64,000 nt of DNA from contig OZ287749.1 in the NCBI GenBank assembly GCA_965649765.1, positions 1,550,001-1,614,000 of the forward strand. The letters are read 5' to 3'. The stretch is from Bispira polyomma (taxonomy: Eukaryota). The position numbers were made by a program, and so were the translations under genes. Each line of letters opens with the position of its first letter. Positions within the stretch are counted from its first letter, which is position 1. Positions 12,432-24,714 of this stretch are shown here, piece after piece. The notes below the pieces were generated by a model. It saw only the letters and a program-made list of their open reading frames with translations, was not told the origin of the DNA and ran no database searches.

Positions 12432-13650
12432 CTGGAAAACAATTAGCTTGCCATTCTACCATATATAATCTAATCAATTCTGTAATGGCGCTTACTCTGC
12501 GTACTAGGGGATTCAAAGGCGCAACAATCAAAATCACTGTTCAGTAGTCGTGTTGTGGTGGAGGACAGGAAATGGGTCGTTACCAGGGAGGGAGTGTCTT
12601 GTGGTCAGACCATGTCAGGTGGGATAAGTGGGTAAATGTTATGACAGGATTAGTTGACATGGATAATACAATAATGTGTTTGTGATCAAGATTGACTAGT
12701 TTGCTGTCTCCCTTTGATGGTCTTTTAGAGCCCTTGGTGACATAGCTGAGGCCTAATGCTGGACAGCCATGGTTTGCTGTCGCTGTTATAAAGCGTTATG
12801 TTATAGGAAGAACACCTGCCAAACCATGGGATGGATCTTCTTATATAATTTTACCAATATTCAAGGTTTAGGCAAACGTTCTAACATGACAAAATAATAA
12901 AAAAGATAAAATTGATCTTAAATTTAAAAGATAACCATTTTATTGTTTAGTCATGAACATCCATAAAAGCCCACTTTTCCACCGTACTTACGTTTGCATT
13001 TCTGTACTGATTGAACAGCCATGGGTATATTCAAAATTTTATTAAAGCTTTTGGCCAATGAGAATCTCGAACACAGTCGTGTCATGTTAGAACATAGACT
13101 GACCAAACTGGGAACATTTGTTAAAAACAATTACAAACAACTGCAACACAGTTGCAGTTGTCATTAAATTAATCATAACATTGATTAGTGCCACATAGAG
13201 GTGCAACCTTTCTAAACCCAGGAGGTTAGGTTGAAAAAAATAGATCATATCTTTTGTTCAACCTAAGCATCATCGACGATAAGCAGTGACTGTTTTGAAT
13301 TCCAGAAAGGAATTGCATAAAGAAATCGAGATATCAAGATTCCAATGTTACATATTGGCGAGTGGTGGACATAATATAGTGCTCTGATGAAGAAAAGTTA
13401 TATGTTGATACACTATGTTTTTTTAAATTAAAAAATTTATAGATAAAGATTTTACTTATCAGTAGCTAAAATTGGGTGATAGAAGTTAGTGTTAATAAGT
13501 TAAGGGGGTTGACCACAAATTAGGTAAAGGTAAGTTTACATGGTGAGGAAACCAGTTGCTGTTTGGGATATATTTATTTTCTATCTACTGTCTCTATGTA
13601 CAACTATACAAGTAAAATTTGTGTAAAATTTTAAAATGCCAAAAGCGAAG

Positions 13651-14633
13651 TTAAAAAGTAGTGGTAGAGACAATAGAGGCAAAAGTAGATGGTATAATGG
13701 AGGCTGCATGGGAAGTAGCCTGCAAATAAGACCAAACAGCATCGGATTTCCAACACCCGTGTCTTTGTATATCCTGAAGTTTGATATTTGAATTGAAGGC
13801 TGAAGAGGCTCCAGAACGACTGAAGCAATGAAAAGAATGGCCATCTAAAGGAATGTTAAGATGACTGAGAATGTTTTTAAGTGTAGATCTAAGTTTAGAA
13901 TCTGAGAGGCAGAGGCCTTTATCTAAAGGATTGGCCAGTAATGAGGCCATGGAGGGTAGGGGATATTTCTCGAACAGAGATGTAGAGGCTCTGACTGGGC
14001 ACAACCAGGGGTTTGTAAGTGAGGGTAATTGAATGATATCTGGGTTTTTCCCACCCTGGTTAGTCTTACTCCATTTAAGGATAAGATGTATACCTGGGGG
14101 GGCGAAAACTATGTCAGCCCTAGTAAGGTGTCTTGTAGGGTCAAAGGGGGAGCCAGAAGTACTAGTAAGGTTGGAGATCCTTAAGAAGCCAAAGAAGGCA
14201 AAGAGGAAGGCTGTCCTGTATAGCTCAGGAAAATGGAGAAGGTCGCAGGCCTGTGAAATTCTGGATAATTGATGGAGATCAAAAACTCCTTTGATTCTGG
14301 GAGTGTATTAGGTGGTGAGTTCTAGAGATCTAGTGTACAAGATTAGCCTAGGGTCATACAGGCCTGTGTGTTGGAAATTAAGTAATTTAGCATTGTGTCT
14401 CAAAGCGGACAAATAATTTGCAATTACTTTGTGGGATATACCTGACTGGGTAAGGAACTCTAGGAAGGCCAATATAGTATTGAAACTAAATGTGTGTTGT
14501 AGGTCATAATACACAGTGAAGGCTAAGAAAAGTCTGAATTGACTGTTATATTGTCTCTGGGTTCTGGGTCTGTGACTCTGACGCAATCTTGAGAAGGCAC
14601 CCTGGATCAGTGAGCCCGCTGAGTGAGAGGTGC
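13651..14633 (-). pseudogene. E2 tyrosine recombinase
   Basis: One frame from 14631 to 13651 with a single premature TAA at 14310-14308. Motifs FFGFLRISNL, KWSKT, CPVRA, HCFSRSGA, HGCWKSDAVWSY. Confidence 0.93.
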
Positions 14634-14639
14634 CTGAAA

Positions 14640-17277
14640 TTAAAAATAATTATCTAATGTAAAGAAAGTGAGAGGAATGTCAAACATTTTAAAACTATCA
14701 ATGATAAAGGACCTAGTGTAGTCATCACAAGAGTCAGGTTCATACCAACACGAAAGTGTGTCAGCGATGATATTGTCCTTACCTGGGATATGGCTAATAA
14801 CAAGGTCAATATTTTCTGTGGCACAAATCTGCCAGAGGTTCCTCAAGCATAGCCCTAAGTAGTTATCTTTAGTCTTAGATGACTGCACCACAGAAACCAC
14901 AGCCATGTTGTCTGACTGAACCTTAAGTTTTGGTTTTTCCATTTGTGACTCCATAGTTTCAAGGCAATCAAAATGCTAACCATTTCAAAGTGTACGATTG
15001 ATAAAGTATGGGTCAAGAAGAGAGGTAGAGGAGTTTTGAACACATTGTTATTCCATATACCGCCAGTGCCTGATAAGCAAGCGTCCACCTGTAGTAGGGC
15101 ATCATGAGGTTTGTTAATGTAGTTATAAGTGGTAGTTCCGTTAAATTGTAAAAGAAATTTTAGAAACCAGGCTAAATCCAAATGGAAATCGGTGTTGAGA
15201 ACAACTGTATTACTACTGGTAGATTGGCGGAGCAGAGTAAGCATTCTGTTCATAAATATAGGGGTTTAATACATCTGTGTATATATAGCAATTTTCCTAG
15301 TAAAGATTGATATTTTTGTTTACGTACCTTTCTTAAGTATTGGAACTGTACACAAGTATCGTATATGGTATTCAGTTTATCCTTGTCAATACTGAGCGTT
15401 TCAGTGGTGATATCAATAGTGATGCCCATACAGGTGACACGTTTACTGGGAGGGACTAATTTTTTAGAATTAATTGGGAGACCTAGATCTGAAAGGGTTT
15501 CTTGTAAGGTGTTGTAAGCTAAGGTGGCCTTATCCTCAGACTCTACGAGTATAAAATCATCGATGTAGTTATACACTGTAAAGCCTTTTAATTTCATAAT
15601 ATAAGTGACACAATCTGAGGCCATCATAAAGGCCGCCGTGCCGTGTGTTAAGCCAAAAGTAAGAGTAAGATCAATGTAATAATTATCTTTCCAAAAATAT
15701 CTAAGTTTAAGGCAGTCATAAGGGTCAATTCTGATATTGCGAAAAGCGTGAGAAACGTCCACTTTCGCTAAGGTGGCCTTAGGACCGATGGACAAAATGA
15801 GAGAAGTGATTTGGTCAATAGTTGGAAGTTTAAGGTTGAAATTAATGTGGTCATATTTGGTTTTGACTGTGCAGTCATTAACAGATTGTCCTGTTGGATG
15901 GGAAAGGTTTAGTACTAATCTTCGTTGATCAGTGTCCTTGGGGACAGTTAGCAAGGGAGAACAATGTAAGTCAGGGTGGAGATCACTATTAATGGGGCCA
16001 ATTATGGTGCATCTGTTTACCTCAGTAACGAAATATTTGTCTATTGCCTGAGGGAAGGCTTTGGCTGAATGATGATTTTTTACCTTTGTGACGTGGAGTC
16101 GATCTCTCTCACGCAAGGAAATGGGAAATCCAAATTCCACATACTGTAAAATAATTTTGTCAGGGTAGTCAACCAAATATTCTTTCCACTTAGCCACATT
16201 AAGATTACTCTTAAGTGGAAAACGTGCTACCTTATAATTAGGAGTGCCAGTGGCTCTAATAATGTTGGCTACCTCTACAAGTTTATCATAGGAGTCAATG
16301 TTGACCTCTTGTCTAACAGGACCCACAAAGGAAAATTTGTTATAATGGTAAGGAATGTAATCAAAGGGTTTACTTTCAGTGACCAAATAGACCTCTTGTA
16401 TGTTGTTGTCTTTAGTAAGTATGTGAGAGCATTGTGATGGAAGTTCTTGTGTTATAACGTCCTCAAGAGCTGCAAGTGAGGTGTGTATGGCAGTGGTATT
16501 ACAGCTGGGAGTGTGTTTAATGTGTGAAAATTTTTCAAATTTTTTAGTGACAGGTTCTACCTGAGCTTGCTTCTGCTGGTCAAGCTTGCAAATGTTATCT
16601 ATGATGTCTGTATAATATATGGTGCTACCCAAAGTAGTACGTGTATGTGAAGTAGTTCTGTATGAGCCACCTTTCTGAAGTCTGTTCAGAGAGGTGACCG
16701 TAGCACAAGGTATTCTGGTCAAGACTGGGATGTACCCAGAGCTCTAATAAGTTATTGGCCAAATTTGTTGTAATGACCAAGAAGAGGGCTGGAATAGCCA
16801 GCTACCTTGTACAAGACTACACACATAAACGCCAGAGAGAGATACATCCTGTCGACATGCAAGGTAACAAAAATTTGTAAATAGACAGTTATCCAGACTA
16901 CAACTGAGATACATATCAAAAGCTTTAAAGTCCCAAAAATAGTCTTTACATGTGCTGTCCAACAGGTTAGAAACTGTAGCATCTGAATTAATATCTACAT
17001 TAAAACAATTTCTCTCAGTATGCATACTGCCAGAATAAATATTATCACAATTTAATGATGCCTGCGATGCACTGATCCTGCTATCTACAAGCAAATGTCC
17101 AGTACTCTTAAACTCAATGTGATCACTCAAGCTAGGGGTAAAATTATGGTTCTCATTATCGTCTGACTTAAAATTTTGCTTAAACCTATGTCTATAACTA
17201 ACACTGTTCTTCTGACTCATACTATATACACTATCTGGTTCGCACTCGGTGGTGGTGACTGTGGGCAGTCCGTGGTA
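14640..17277 (-). pseudogene. E2 pol (N-terminal extension, RT, RNase H)
   Basis: RT motifs RRLVLNLS, AKVDVSHAFRNI, FGLTHG, NYIDDF, CMGITID. RNase H motifs QVDACLSG, HFEM, SDNMAVV, HIPGKDNIIADTLS. In-frame TAG at 16746-16744 and frameshifts near 15255 and 14935. Confidence 0.93.
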
Positions 17278-18546
17278 CTATTGAGTCGGTGTAGGTGTTG
17301 GCGCGGGGCGACCATGTAGTTTAAAACATTTCGTTTCTGGATGGGGGTTAGACTTTTTACTGATCCGGAAACAATTCGCACATATATGTTTAAATAACAC
17401 ATTGGTGCCCTCGTGGTCTTTCTGATGCTGGCATTGACCCTTTTGATAATGCCTACACAGAATTTCTTGTTTAGTGGATGCAGAAGGAGTAGAATTCGTG
17501 GGAGCGTTGCTGGTGACTAGTGCTTGAGAATAAGCCTGTTGAGGGTCCACTTGGTCTCGTTAAGCCAGATGAGGCGACCCTCTTCGACATCATGCATGTT
17601 GCATGCATATGTTGCAGGTGTCTCTGAGGGTATCAGCTAGTTGAGTGAGCATAGCCCTGGAGATGGTTGGATTTTTGACCTCTAAAATGTTTTGAATCTG
17701 CCCGGCAGCGAATTGGGGTATGGTCAAATCGTCAAAGGAGACCCGTTTCTTATTAATGCCAGAGAGACAAGCCTCGTTGGGCCACCGTTTCATCGGGTCG
17801 GAGACGCACACATCCGATACGTTGTAACGCCTAGACTTCTTCTTGGTGGCTAGCTTACCTTGCAGGCTTTCGTCGGCTGCCCAGGCCTCATAACGGGCAA
17901 GACGGAGGGAAACCTCATTCTGAATCATAGAGGACTGCTTGAGGACATCGGGTGTCGGTACAATGGCATCATGTAGAGCCTGCTGTGTGTTGTCAGTACT
18001 CTGGAAACCTTGTGGCTGACCTGATACAGGAGGTTGAGCGTAAGGTGAGTGCATAAGCTGAGGAAGGTTTCTATGGACGTCATACCCGGGTACACTGAGA
18101 GGACCTTGAGTAGTGAATCTAGGATCCTGGTCTAGCTGTGTACTATGCACTGGTACGTGAAGCTGAGTAGTAGTTGTAGGACGGGGCGCGACGGAAGCCC
18201 CTGCTATGGGCAGCTGAGGAGCTGGAGTCTCGGGCCGACGAGACTTGAGGTCAGAAACGTCCTCTTGAAGTTTAGCTACGGTTGTGAGCAACGTTTGCAT
18301 CATGGCTTGCTGTCTAGTATGTATATCACGGTAGAATATATCAGAGGTAACTTTATCAGAGAAATTACTCACAGAATCACCGTCCAAATAACTAGCTGCT
18401 CCTAAATCTTGGCCTTGGGGAAGTTCCACTTCAGGCGGATCGGATACTCTGTTGCATCTAGTCCCGACCGGTCGGGGATGAGAGATGTCACACTTAGAAC
18501 ACATAGCCATATTAATGGCAAGTTGCTTCTTCTTTCCTCTGCCCAT
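17278..18546 (-). pseudogene. E2 gag-like ORF
   Basis: Start context AAA-ATG-G at 18546 (MGRGKKK). N-terminal CSKCDISHPRPVGTRC motif, heptad-like LLTTVAKLQEDVSDLK, C-terminal CRHYQKGQC...HICANC...HPETKC. Small indels at ~17535-17610. Confidence 0.85.
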
Positions 18547-19579
18547 TTTACTGATAAGATCCAAGTATAAGCTTCCAAGGATGAAACTATAATGTAACTT
18601 AAGTAATAAAACACTAAAAACACGTAAAAACAAAGTGTAATATAAACCAGAACATATAAAATAACCAAGTATTCTTCCAAAATACACTAAAAATCCAATA
18701 TGGCTGCTTTGGGCTGAGAAAATATGTATGTTGCTTCTTTGACTTGCAACTTAATAATGGTAGATTTGTAAGAAAGGCGGGAAGAGCTATGCTATGAAGG
18801 AAGGTAATTGGTCGCTTAGCCTAAGTGTGCTGATGTTTAATTGGGGTAGCCAGGTAAACAATTTTAAGAGAGGGTTTACAGTAAAGTAAGGAATTTTTGC
18901 CACTGACATGTCATGCTATGCTAGCAGTGACATCAACAGATTGTATGTTAACTTTATCTATATGGTCAGAATGTGAAGTTATGTGGATCCAAAGACCTTT
19001 ACGTATGGCAGTGATTTGACTGTCATTTGAACCCACTACCACTTAACTGGGAGACAAATGTGTTTACACCATGTAAAAATTGTAAATTTCTGGTAAATAC
19101 GATAAATCATAAAAAAAAATCTAAAGAGTTATAACTTTTGAATATTTCATAAGATAAAATTATAGACCTTGAAGTTCACAAACAGTGGCATAGAGTGAAT
19201 TCAATGAAGCCATTGTTGATGTAAGCATTTGCAATTAGGGAGAATTGATGTGAATGTGCACAGGGTGTTTGTTTCCAATATGGGACCTTAAAATCAGTCA
19301 CTTGAATGGGAGAATGTGTCACAAAGGTGAACAATTAGTACTAAAGTGGGGATTTTGTGAGCAGTGAAATGTGCTGAAATACAATTGAGGGACAGCTGGT
19401 GCTGAACAAGTAAAATGTGTCAAGAGAGTTTACTCAAACAATGACAATGAAACAAATTAATTTGCAGATAGCTATACCCAACAAAGTGAACAATTTACTT
19501 AGAAGTGGTTAAAAAAGGTACACAGCCCAGATCTATTTGTTTGTCACTGAGAAGGCAATTGATCGATCGAGTAGTTTCA

Positions 19580-19706
19580 TTCTCAGTAAATAATAGTAGT
19601 AAATAATTGAGCTGTTTTGTGGTAAATGATATAGATAAATTTAGAAAACCTCCATTTTTTCTTAGCAATATAGACAAATTTAACAAAAATTATATTTGTC
19701 CTACAA

Positions 19707-19743
<37 letters not shown>

Positions 19744-20135
19744 CCTTTTCAAAGTAATAAGAACATTTAATAATTTGTCAACTGTCAATTGTCAACTATC
19801 AATTTGTCATTAGGTTTTCCTATTTCTCCTATTCCAAACAACACATTACAAATTGTCAAATTTAGTTTTGATTCTAAGTTAATTGTATGAATAACCATTT
19901 TTCTTTGTGTTACAAAATGGATTTTCTCTAATTTCCCTTTATCTAGATTATAATTGATCAATCTGTTCAAGATTTTCTACTAAAAAGTCTGTGAGTATGA
20001 TTCAACAGCCGTGTGATGAATGATCAAAAAATATTTTTCCAAGAAGCTACTTCTAAGAAATGGAACAGGTCAATCCAAGTATTCTTTTGCTGTTGGTTTT
20101 TTTAGCTTTCAACTGACTTGGGTGCTTTTTACCCC
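19580..20135 (-). mobile_element. Probable 3' part of the Tx1/L1-clade LINE
   Basis: Degenerate C-terminal ORF2-like text (LNLTICNVLFG...LNVLI...YIY) typical of Tx1-type elements, on the same strand as 22510-24714. Confidence 0.45.
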
Positions 20136-20138
20136 ATA

Positions 20139-22510
20139 TAACATAACATAACATAACCTAACACATAGTACTTATATGGTGCCTATTACATAGTGTCTCT
20201 ACGCACTGATAATTAAACATCATAAGCACATTAAAAAGGTATGCTTTGAGCTTTTTTCTAAATTTGGGTGGTGATTTTGACGATCTGATTCCACAGGCAA
20301 CTTGTTCCATAAAGTAGTTGCAGCACAGACAGAAGACCAATCACCAATCATTGTTGTTTGGCACTTTGCGAGGGTATGACAATTTAAGACTATTTGAGGC
20401 TGTTGTAAATCTACCCAGCTCTGAAACTGAGAGAAGTTCACTGATGAACTGTGGTCCTAATCCATAGACAGACTTGTAAACATATGTGAGGAGGCTAAAA
20501 GCAATCCTCTCCTGGAGCCAGTTGAAGCTGTTTTCTGACTTTACTGATGTTGTAAAAAAAATCAGTTTTTCGATGACATGAACAGCACAATTGTACAACC
20601 TGTTGGCTTTTTAAAAAGGTCTTGTTAACTCAATACAGTAAATAATTTGCATAATCTAGTTTTGATATCACCAAGCCTTGAATGAGACCGGAACAGATAG
20701 ATATTTTCGAATCCTTGCCATTTTATAAATTTGGAAATGGCAGGCCTGCATTTGTTAAGGATAAACTCATCCATATTTAATAAAGAGTCAAAATAGGCAC
20801 CCAGGTTGCGGACAGAGTTTGTCGTAGGAATTGAGCAATCACCCACTTTGATAGAAATAGATAGTATTTGTTTCATATAATGTCTAGATCCAAAAATAAT
20901 AACTTCTGTTTTGCCATAATTCAGCATAAGTAGATTTTCCAACATCCAATTTGTTATGTCCTCAATGCAAGATTAAGGCATTGAACAGTTCCTCCATTGA
21001 ATTGTGGTCAAAGTTAACATAAAGTCATCTGCATAGAGCATATGTATGCCACTGAAGAAACATATAGAGTAAACAGTATTGGGCCCAATACACATCCCTG
21101 AGGAATTACAAATGTTTTTGCAGATGTTCTGTTTTTTATCCTAACTGTCTCAGTTCTGTCTGAGAGGTAGGATCTGAATTTAAAGCTTTGCTGTGTATAC
21201 CAAATCTAGTTTTTAGACGATTCTGGAGTTCATTGTGGTATATGGTGTCAAAGACAACACTCATGTCAAGCAGTACTAATGCTTCCATCTTCTTGTTGTT
21301 GATTGAAGTTAAAATGTCGTTTTGAACATGAAGTAAAGCATATTTGGCAGAGTGAAAAGGTCTATATGCCGCCTGCATTTTACTTCATAGGTCCAAATGA
21401 TCTAAATAGGTTCTAAGATGATTTGCAACAACTTTTTCAATCACCTTTGATAGGGAATGGCAAATTTGAGACAGGTCTATAATTTTTGGAGATTTTTTTA
21501 TCAAAATTTTTTTCTTAGATTTCTTAGATTTGTTGGAAATGTTTGCTCTTCCAAAGGTTTGTTGACAATTCTAACAATCACATGAGCCAAAATGTCTTGT
21601 TTGCCTTGGTTAACTTTGTTAGAAAAGGATCTTGAATTGCAGAAGCATTGGAGCATGTGATGATTATTATTCTTATTTCATCTTCATCTGTTGACTTGAA
21701 AGTCATCAGAGCAGGATTGAGTTTCGAAAATATTTTTTAGTGGTCTCAACATCAGTATGCGAAACAGAGTTATAGATAGCATCTCTTATTTTCACTATCT
21801 TGTCAATGAAGAATCTATTGAAGGTTTTAGCTAGGATTTGATCAGTTTTTTGTTGTCTATATCTTTTAACTTTCGATAGTAGGGATATTTCATGACTGGG
21901 TCAGGCTTCTTGTTTATTAAGTACGTTGCCACGAAGTATTGATCCGAGATTTCTGACAGATACAGAACTAAGTAGCTAGTCACATTCACGAGCAATAACA
22001 AGGTCTAAACAGTGACCCTTGATATGTGTTAAGGGTTTGACAAGTTGTTGCAGATTTATACTGGAGAGAAGGGTTGAGAAGGTGTGTGTTTGAAAGCAAT
22101 TTTTTTCATCAAAATGAATATTGAAATCTCCCAATATAAGCACAGAGTTCGGAGAATTAGATGCAGATGCTAAATAGTCACAAAATTCATCCATAAATGA
22201 GTTAAAGGTAAAGCAATTTGTGACACTTGGTGGAGGTCTATTCAGAAAAGTAACACACACAGTTGAGGCTTTTAGTTTTAGGTGAAATTCTTGACACCTA
22301 AAAGTTCTGAACTTCTGATAAGTAGCTTCTTTAACACTGAGTGGGCTCTTGTAGAGAAATCCAATACCACCCCCACTTGAACGAGATCGAGGACAGTGAG
22401 GGAAAGAATATCCACTAGGAGTAAAACTGCTGATATCATTACAGGAAGACAGCCAGGTCTCAGTAATGGCTTAAAAATTAAAATCTATGTCAACTAACAA
22501 GTCAAAGTCC
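20139..22510 (-). mobile_element. L2/CR1-clade LINE, decayed
   Basis: APE motifs AITETWL, LILGDFNIH, THIKGHCLDLVI. RT motifs QAAYRPFHS, ALVLLDMS..FDTI, YADD, LNYGKTEVI, VRNLGAYFD. 3' (TATGT)n tail at 20139-20165. Confidence 0.85.
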
Positions 22511-24714
22511 AAAGGCATGTGGTTTGAGCATATGTACATGTTATCAAAAACAAACTCGTTGCATATTTCTTCTACACTTTCAGCAGGTATGCATTTAATT
22601 TTATGCAAAATTTTCTGATTAGGAAAATTACTACGACACTTATCTTTATAGATGATGGGATTTTGCATTTTATTAAATCTTTTTCTGTATTGAGCATATA
22701 CCAGGCTTATTTTCTCCACCTAGAAGTATAACTTTCATCCCTTAGCAATCTTTTGATTCAATTCATTTTAGCACTTATAAGTATACTAAAAATATCTGGC
22801 CTTCTAATTCGACCTAAATGATACTCTGCCATTACAGTTTCTTTTCTTTCTTTTTTTTTTGTTTTGTGTGGGTTTTTGTCCCACAAGAAATTAAATAACA
22901 TGCTGTCTTTTTTATCTCGAATGTTGGGTGGACAAAAACACATAGACAATAGATGGCTTATCTGAGGTATAACCATTATTTTGTTTGCTGTAACTTTCAC
23001 TTTCCCAGATAAATTTCTAAATATCCAAATATGTATGTAGAATATTTTAAATTTTTTTGTCAAAGTTTAATCTGGTCATTTCAGTTTGATCATGGGAGAC
23101 CAAACACCTACAGTTTTAAAAGCTGTATAATTCAAAGAGATTTTTTTCAGTTCCTTTGGGAATCTTAGGTGTTTTTACTTGTTTGCACCCAAAGGTATAA
23201 TTACTGATTTGTCTAAATTTATCTTGATTTAAGAATTTCAGTTTGTAAAGCTATTCAATGTTCAGATCGAAGTACCTATTGATGCAATATTACTTACGAA
23301 TAGGGTAGTGTTATCTGCCAACTGACAGATTTTGTATTCATAATGTTTTACCTTTATTCTGAAGATTAATTTATTTCTCTGTATGTTACTTGCCAAAACT
23401 TCACCTACCAATATAAAAAGCAGAGCAGATATCGGGCTGCCCTGCCTTATGCCTTGGCTTAAATTAAAGTACTAAGACAAGTAACCATTGTTACTCACAC
23501 ATGATCAAATATCTTTGTACATAATTGGAATTCATTTAATGAAATTCTCACCAACTAACAGTAAATATCAATTTAAGTTATTTGTTTTTGCATGTGTAAG
23601 AATATCTTGTACAATTCTTACATTTTGTCCTATATATCTACCCTTAACATATTCTATTTGATCATTATCTATCAGTTTTGCTGGTACTTGTCGAAGAATA
23701 TTTCCCAAAGCCTTGGTCAAAATTTTATTATCAGTATTAAGTAAGCTAACTGGCCTCTAATTACGTAAGAGGCTTAGGTCTTTCCCCTCTTCAGAAATCA
23801 TTTTGATTATACCTCTCCTTTGATCAGCTGACAATTTGCCAGTTATAAAACTGAAGTTAAAGCTATCAACAAATAAGTATTTTAGGCTTTCTGTCTTTAC
23901 TCTCTCTATAGCCTCCCATTCTGATTTATTTTTATAATATTCTATCAGTTTCTCTTGGTGTTCTAATATTTCTTGTTCTAGAATTGTAGTTGTCTGAGAA
24001 TTGACCTTTTTTGAGTATGTGATCGTTTTGGTTTGTAACTGACAAAGTCCCAAGGAATATTCTTATCTTCCATGACAATCTGTTTTTTTAATTTTCTGTA
24101 AAAACCTCCTCTACATTTTTTCACGTTATGTGAACTGTATTTGATCTGGATTCCATATATCTACTATGGATAATTCATCCAATAACCTTTGTAACCATTT
24201 TGTATTTTGAGAAGTGGTTACTTTCATGCCGCCTTTCTTGTCTAATTTGTTATTCAACTGAGTGTTGAAATCATCTGCTATAATCAAATTACTTGCACTA
24301 TAAATTTCAAGAAATTTCTGAAGTCCTGTCTTAAAGTAGATTTGATCTTTTTAACAATTCTTTGTGGGTGCATAAATGTTCACGAGAATGAGTGGTGTGT
24401 TTTCTATTTTACAGGAATCCAGTAGTATTCTGCCTTCGAGATCTTTTGTTTCTGTTATTAATTCAAAATCAAAGTTGAAGTTTTCTGGAATTAATAAAGC
24501 CACCCCTTACTCTGAGTTGACTCATTTGAAAAATAAATGTTGCCTCCCATTCTTTTTGCCATTTAACTTTATCTTCAAAAGAACCATGAGTTTCCTGTAA
24601 AAAGGTAATACCTACATGTGACCCGTTCAGCCAGCTAAAAATGTTTTCTCTTTTCTTTTTATCCTGTAGCCTCCTACAGTTGAAGGAGTTAATAGTTACA
24701 CTTTTAAGTGCCAT
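22510..24714 (-). mobile_element. Tx1/L1-clade LINE ORF2, decayed
   Basis: APE start SFNCRRLQDKKKRENIFSWL...FLQETH. RT motifs QRRGIIKMI...RPVSLLNTDNKILTKAL, GIRQGSPISALLF, QLADNTT. Confidence 0.85.

Larger units (their letters stand above)
13440..18933 (-). mobile_element. Ngaro-like YR retrotransposon E2 (near full-length coding region)
   Basis: gag - pol - YR on the minus strand. The 5' terminus (ATGTCACTGC... through the GGCGGGAA motif) is homologous to the E1 A repeat. No 3' repeat copy was found, so the left boundary is approximate. Confidence 0.92.

Noticed and set aside
12986-13100. GTAAGT donor at 12991 as an upstream DUF1647 coding exon
   Set aside because: The phase-0 reading needed to join exon 12431 has a TGA 14 codons upstream and no acceptor was evident. 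The longer open frame is phase 1.
13283-13291. gcagtgact as the missing A2 repeat of E2
   Set aside because: Only 8 nt match, and the flanking sequence does not align with 18776-18933.
14033-14272. Antisense ORFs overlapping YR, gag and NHL coding regions (also 18145-18405, 28719-28994, 50487-50789)
   Set aside because: They are short shadow ORFs, not conserved between the three element copies, and have no recognisable motifs.
13651-14633. Phage integrase or bacterial contamination
   Set aside because: The YR is embedded in a gag-RT-RNase H retroelement amid spliceosomal genes, LINEs and SINEs.
17319-17325. TTTAAAC slippery heptamer near the end of E2 gag
   Set aside because: It is phased TTT AAA C, not T TTA AAC, in the gag frame. 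It is not conserved in E1 (TTT AAG T), and pol is already in frame 0.
18547-18687. Hydrophobic N-terminal extension of E2 gag (apparent TM segment)
   Set aside because: It comes from a TTG start in the T-rich 5' leader. The first ATG is at 18546.
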